Origin: an uncultured bacterium
GTDB lineage: Bacteria > Gemmatimonadota > Gemmatimonadetes > Gemmatimonadales > Gemmatimonadaceae
NCBI GenBank assembly: GCA_963978095.1
Contig: CAXBQP010000052.1
Location: forward strand, 1 to 20,461
Length of the DNA stretch: 20,461 bases
Direction of reading: 5' to 3'
The notes beneath the pieces were generated by a model. The model did not search any database. It was not told the origin of the DNA and saw only the letters and a program-made list of their open reading frames with translations. Of the stretch, positions 17,351-20,461 are shown in pieces. The position numbers and the translations under genes were made by a program. Positions within the stretch are counted from its first letter, which is position 1. Every line of letters starts with the position of its first letter.

Positions 17351-17668
17351 ATGTCCTACGCAATCATCAAGACCGGCGGCAAGCAGTTCCGCGCCGAGCC
17401 GGGCAAGTCGCTCCGCCTCCCCACGATGCTGGGCGACGCGGGCACCAAGGTTGAGTTCAACGACGTCCTGCTCGGCAGCGACGGCTCGACGGTCAAGGCC
17501 GGCGTCCCGACCATCAAGGGCGCGAAGGTCACCGGCGAGATCGTGAAGCATGGGCTCGGCGAGAAGATCGTCGTCTTCAAGTTCCGTCGTCGCAAGAACT
17601 ACGCGAAAAAGCAGGGTCATCGGCAGGGCTTCACTGAAGTCCGCATCCACGACATTTCGCTCGGCTAA
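17351..17668 (+). CDS. rplU: 50S ribosomal protein L21
   Basis: 105 aa; YAIIKTGGKQF, KIVVFKFRRRKNY.KKQGHRQ. Confidence 0.99.
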   Translation: MSYAIIKTGGKQFRAEPGKSLRLPTMLGDAGTKVEFNDVLLGSDGSTVKAGVPTIKGAKVTGEIVKHGLGEKIVVFKFRRRKNYAKKQGHRQGFTEVRIHDISLG

Positions 17669-17695
17669 CGCCGGTCTGATCAGAGAGAGTATCCC

Positions 17696-17986
17696 ATGGC
17701 TCACAAGAAAGGCGTAGGCTCCTCCCGCAACGGTCGCGACTCCAATCCGCAGTACCGCGGGATCAAGAAGTTCGGCGGCGAGAAGGTGATCGCGGGCAAC
17801 ATCATCGTGCGTCAGTGCGGCACGCGTTGGCATCCCGGGAACAACGTCGGGCTCGGCACGGACTACACGATCTACTCGCTCATCGACGGCGTCGTGAAGT
17901 TCGAGCACAAGAGCAAGACCCGTTTCAAGGTGTCGGTGTATCCGGCTCCCGCCCAGGACGCGCCGGCTGAAACTTCGGCCGCGTAA
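17696..17986 (+). CDS. rpmA: 50S ribosomal protein L27
   Basis: 96 aa; [36 protein letters not shown]. Confidence 0.99.
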   Translation: MAHKKGVGSSRNGRDSNPQYRGIKKFGGEKVIAGNIIVRQCGTRWHPGNNVGLGTDYTIYSLIDGVVKFEHKSKTRFKVSVYPAPAQDAPAETSAA

Positions 17987-18008
17987 GCCTGTCCGAACCG
18001 CAGTGTGC

Positions 18009-18039
18009 ACGGCCTCCGGAGCGATCCGGAGGCTGTTTT
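18009..18039 (+). terminator. Intrinsic terminator after rpmA
   Basis: 12-bp stem ACGGCCTCCGGA/TCCGGAGGCTGT with a GCGA (GNRA) loop, running into TGTTTT. Confidence 0.8.
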
Positions 18040-18095
18040 GCATCCGCGCGCCGCGGGCGCGGAGACACCGCGCGGTGCCCCAGCAATGGCATGCC

Positions 18096-18125
18096 GAAAC
18101 CACCGACCGGTGCCGATCGTACGGA
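18096..18125 (+). promoter_or_regulatory. ECF sigma (SigW-like) promoter GAAAC-N17-CGTACGGA
   Basis: GAAAC 18096-18100, 17 nt, CGTACGGA 18118-18125; downstream of the rpmA terminator and upstream of SD AGGAGG and ATG 18145. Confidence 0.65.
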
Positions 18126-18144
18126 GGACAACAGGAGGCGCAGC

Positions 18145-18420
18145 ATGGGATTCGTGGACAGATTGAAAGGGGAACTCGAGTCGGCCGGCAAGGCGGCGCA
18201 CGAGGCGCTCGACGAGGGGAGGTTGCGGCTGGAGATCTTCCGCGTGCGGCAGAGTGCCGACCGGGCCGCCCAGGCCTTGGGGTATGCCGTTCATCGGGCA
18301 GCGAAGTCGGGGCTCGAGCCCGTGAACGACGAAATCACCCGACTGCAGGCCACGCTCGCCAGTCACGAAACGGAAGCCGAGCGGCTCGAGGACGAGTTGC
18401 GGAGCAAGCGCGCGCGCTGA
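18145..18420 (+). CDS. Small alpha-helical/coiled-coil hypothetical protein (91 aa)
   Basis: ATG 18145 with AGGAGG SD at 18133-18138; MGFVDRLKGELESAGKAAHEALDEGRLRLEIFRVRQSADRAAQALGYAV...; heptad-like C-terminus. Confidence 0.8.
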   Translation: MGFVDRLKGELESAGKAAHEALDEGRLRLEIFRVRQSADRAAQALGYAVHRAAKSGLEPVNDEITRLQATLASHETEAERLEDELRSKRAR

Positions 18421-18458
18421 GGCGCACACCCGAGCCACACGCGGCGGTTGGCGGTCTG

Positions 18459-19148
18459 CTAGCGCCCCAGCGTGGTGCGGGCGAGCGCCACATGGTTGGT
18501 GCAGATGCCGTCCACCCCCATGTCGGCCAGTCGCTGCATGTCGTCAGCGGAGTTCACGGTCCAGGCAATGACGCGTCCACCGGCGGTATGAACCGCGTCC
18601 ACCAACGTCTGGTCGACGAACTCCACGTACTGCCACAGGTCGCGTCCCGCGACCGAGGACAACGCGTGCACCGGATCCAGATGGTAGCTCGTTTCCAGCA
18701 CCCCGCGGGCGAGCGAGGGCGCCCGGTCGCGTGCCTCAGCCACCATGCGATGGTCGAACGAGTGCACCGCCGCGCGCGTGTGCACGCTGGCGAGCAGGGC
18801 GCACGCGGGTGCCGCGGTCCCCGCGCCTTTGAGTTCGCAGTAAACCACCAGCTGGTCGCCCACCACGGCGAGCACGTCCTCGAGGGTGGGGATCGGCTCG
18901 CCGAAGGCGCGGAAGGGGCGAAGTTCGTCGCGCGAGAGATCCGTGATCGCGCGACCCTGCAACGCCGTCGACGGAGATTGTCGGGGGACAGGGTCATGGT
19001 GGACCATCAACACGCCGTCGCAAGTCCGATGCACGTCGAGTTCGATACCGTCCGCCCCCAGTTCAAGGGCGCGCCGGAAGGCCGCGAGGCTGTTCTCGGG
19101 ACGGTCCCCGGAGGCGCCCCGGTGAGCGATGATCTCTGGTGTCGGCAT
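18459..19148 (-). CDS. Glycerophosphodiester phosphodiesterase (GDPD family), cytoplasmic
   Basis: 229 aa; IIAHRGAS..PENSLAAF, GIELDV, HHD, IPTLEDVL, ELK, WTVN, GVDGICTN. Confidence 0.95.
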   Translation of the reverse strand: MPTPEIIAHRGASGDRPENSLAAFRRALELGADGIELDVHRTCDGVLMVHHDPVPRQSPSTALQGRAITDLSRDELRPFRAFGEPIPTLEDVLAVVGDQLVVYCELKGAGTAAPACALLASVHTRAAVHSFDHRMVAEARDRAPSLARGVLETSYHLDPVHALSSVAGRDLWQYVEFVDQTLVDAVHTAGGRVIAWTVNSADDMQRLADMGVDGICTNHVALARTTLGR

Positions 19149-19246
19149 GGGGTTCGGGCGGGGGGGGGCTGATGGGTGTCCGAGGGGGTTACCGCACGGA
19201 GCCCCCGGCGCGACTTTCCGCCGACGGATGACCGCAACGATCTCCT

Positions 19247-19274
19247 TAACGCGATGGACGATTCTGACGTCTTA
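19247..19274 (+). promoter_or_regulatory. Candidate autoregulatory ECF promoter TAAC-N17-CGTCTTA
   Basis: TAAC 19247-19250, 17 nt, CGTCTTA 19268-19274, ending 8-11 nt before the sigma start codon. Confidence 0.55.
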
Positions 19275-19282
19275 TTGGTGAC

Positions 19283-19861
19283 GTGATGCAGCCGCCTGGT
19301 GGGACTGATGCGCGCGCGGGTGAGGTGTCGGAGCTGTCCGACGCGTTGCTGATCGCGCGATGGAAGAGTGGGGACCAGCAGGCGGCGGCTGCGCTGGTCG
19401 AGCGCCACGCACCGGCGCTCGCGCGGTTTGCCGCCAGTTGCGGCGTGCGTGACCAGTTGGAGGAGGTGGTGCAGGACACGTTCGTCCGGGCGTTCGGGTC
19501 GTTGGAGGGCTTTCGTGCCGACAGCGCGTTGCGCACATGGCTGTTCACCATCCTGCGGCGGCTGGTGCTGGACCGCCGACGGGCCGAGCAGCGTCGGCGG
19601 GATGACACCGCGTTGGACGAAGGGCAGGCCGTGCAGGAGTTCAACGCGCTCGACACGCTGGTGGCCGAGGAGACGGAGCGTCGAGTGCGCGAAGGGGTGT
19701 CGAGGCTGTCGCCGCTGCAGCGGGAGGTGTTCACGCTGCGGGTCACCGAAGGGATGGCGTACAGTGACATCGCGGTGATCGTCGGCAGTACGGAGGGGGC
19801 GTGTCGGGTGCACTATCACAATGCGGTTCGGTCGGTCCGGAGGTTCCTCGATGATGCATGA
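19283..19861 (+). CDS. ECF RNA polymerase sigma factor
   Basis: 192 aa; region 2 EEVVQDTFVRAF..F..DSALRTWLFTI; region 4 LSPLQREVFTLR..GMAYSDIA. Start is GTG 19283 or ATG 19286. Confidence 0.93.
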   Translation: MMQPPGGTDARAGEVSELSDALLIARWKSGDQQAAAALVERHAPALARFAASCGVRDQLEEVVQDTFVRAFGSLEGFRADSALRTWLFTILRRLVLDRRRAEQRRRDDTALDEGQAVQEFNALDTLVAEETERRVREGVSRLSPLQREVFTLRVTEGMAYSDIAVIVGSTEGACRVHYHNAVRSVRRFLDDA

Positions 19862-20395
19862 CTGCGATAACGGTGACGTTCGCGACCTGCTTCCGCTGCG
19901 AGTGCACGGAACGCTCGACGCGCTCGGGCACGCGCGTGTCGACGCACACCTCGCGCAGTGCGCGTCGTGCGTCGAGGAGTTGGCCCTCCTCCGCCTCGTG
20001 CACCGTGCGCTCCCGACGCCCGAAGTGGCGATCGCCGACGTTGTGCGCGTTGTGGCCGCGGTGCCCACGGTGGTGGGGCCGCGGGGAGCGGGATCGGCGC
20101 GGGGGGCACGCTGGCGCATGCCGCAGTGGGCGCTGGCGGCTGGTGTTTCGTTCGTGCTGTTGGGCGGTGCGTCGGTGCAGCTGGTGCGCTCGCGCGGCAC
20201 CGTGCCGCTGGTCGATCCGCGCCCGGTCGTCACTGTGAGCGATAGCGGCGTCCCGGGTGCCGCGACCGAGCGGGGATGGTCGGACTTGAGCTATGAGCAG
20301 TTGCAGCAGTTGTTGGATGCCATTGATGGCGCCGATCCGGTGCCCAGTGTCGAACCGGCGGCACGCAACGCGCCGATCATCGTGCCGGCGGGATC
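19851..20395 (+). CDS. Zinc-binding (ZAS, zf-HC2) transmembrane anti-sigma factor; 3' end truncated by adapter/contig end
   Basis: Manual translation from ATG 19851 (GGAGG at 19839-19843): MMHDCDNGDVRDLLPLRVHGTL...VDAHLAQCASCVEEL (HxxxCxxC), TM segment WALAAGVSFVLLGGASV, then WSDLSYEQLQQLLDAID. Overlaps the sigma stop. Not in the ORF track because there is no stop. Confidence 0.88.
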
Positions 20396-20461
20396 AGATC
20401 GGAAGAGCACACGTCTGAACTCCAGTCACGTGGCCTTATCTCGTATGCCGTCTTCTGCTTG
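20396..20461 (+). other. Illumina TruSeq indexed adapter (sequencing artefact), index GTGGCC
   Basis: AGATCGGAAGAGCACACGTCTGAACTCCAGTCAC-GTGGCCTT-ATCTCGTATGCCGTCTTCTGCTTG is the standard TruSeq read-through adapter up to the P7 end. Confidence 0.99.

Noticed and set aside
17669..17695. Prp protease gene or cleavable L27 N-terminal extension
   Set aside because: The gap is 27 nt and L27 begins directly with MAHKKG, the ordinary short form.
19858..20245. ORF-track calls 19858..20238 and 19958..20245
   Set aside because: Wrong frames; the frame from 19851 has the SD, HxxxCxxC motif and TM helix expected of the anti-sigma factor.

Overview
GC-rich bacterial chromosomal fragment. Gene content and style suggest Gemmatimonadota (inference, not database-verified). 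Left to right: truncated Tat-exported Rieske [2Fe-2S] gene (minus strand, missed by the ORF track); SAM methyltransferase; a six-gene translationally coupled operon (stand-alone B12-binding mutase subunit, acyl-CoA carboxyltransferase, split AtuA pair, saccharopine-dehydrogenase-like reductase, small membrane protein); a barrel-less TonB-plug-like secreted protein; a small membrane protein; DinB-family protein; long U32/RlhA-like protein; RecQ; acyl-CoA dehydrogenase; RNase E/G with a ~400-nt structured leader; a TsdA-like diheme cytochrome c lying between rne/rng and rplU-rpmA; a small coiled-coil protein; GDPD; and an ECF sigma plus zinc anti-sigma pair. The last 66 nt are an untrimmed Illumina TruSeq adapter fused in frame to the anti-sigma gene. 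Best leads: the B12/carboxyltransferase/AtuA operon; two near-identical GAAAC-N17-CGTACGGA ECF-type promoters before two unknown small genes 10 kb apart; a 23-bp-phased operator array upstream of the Rieske gene; the structured rne/rng leader; the His-Met heme-2 variant of the TsdA-like protein; and several apparently leaderless genes. No CRISPR array, tRNA, rRNA or mobile element was seen.
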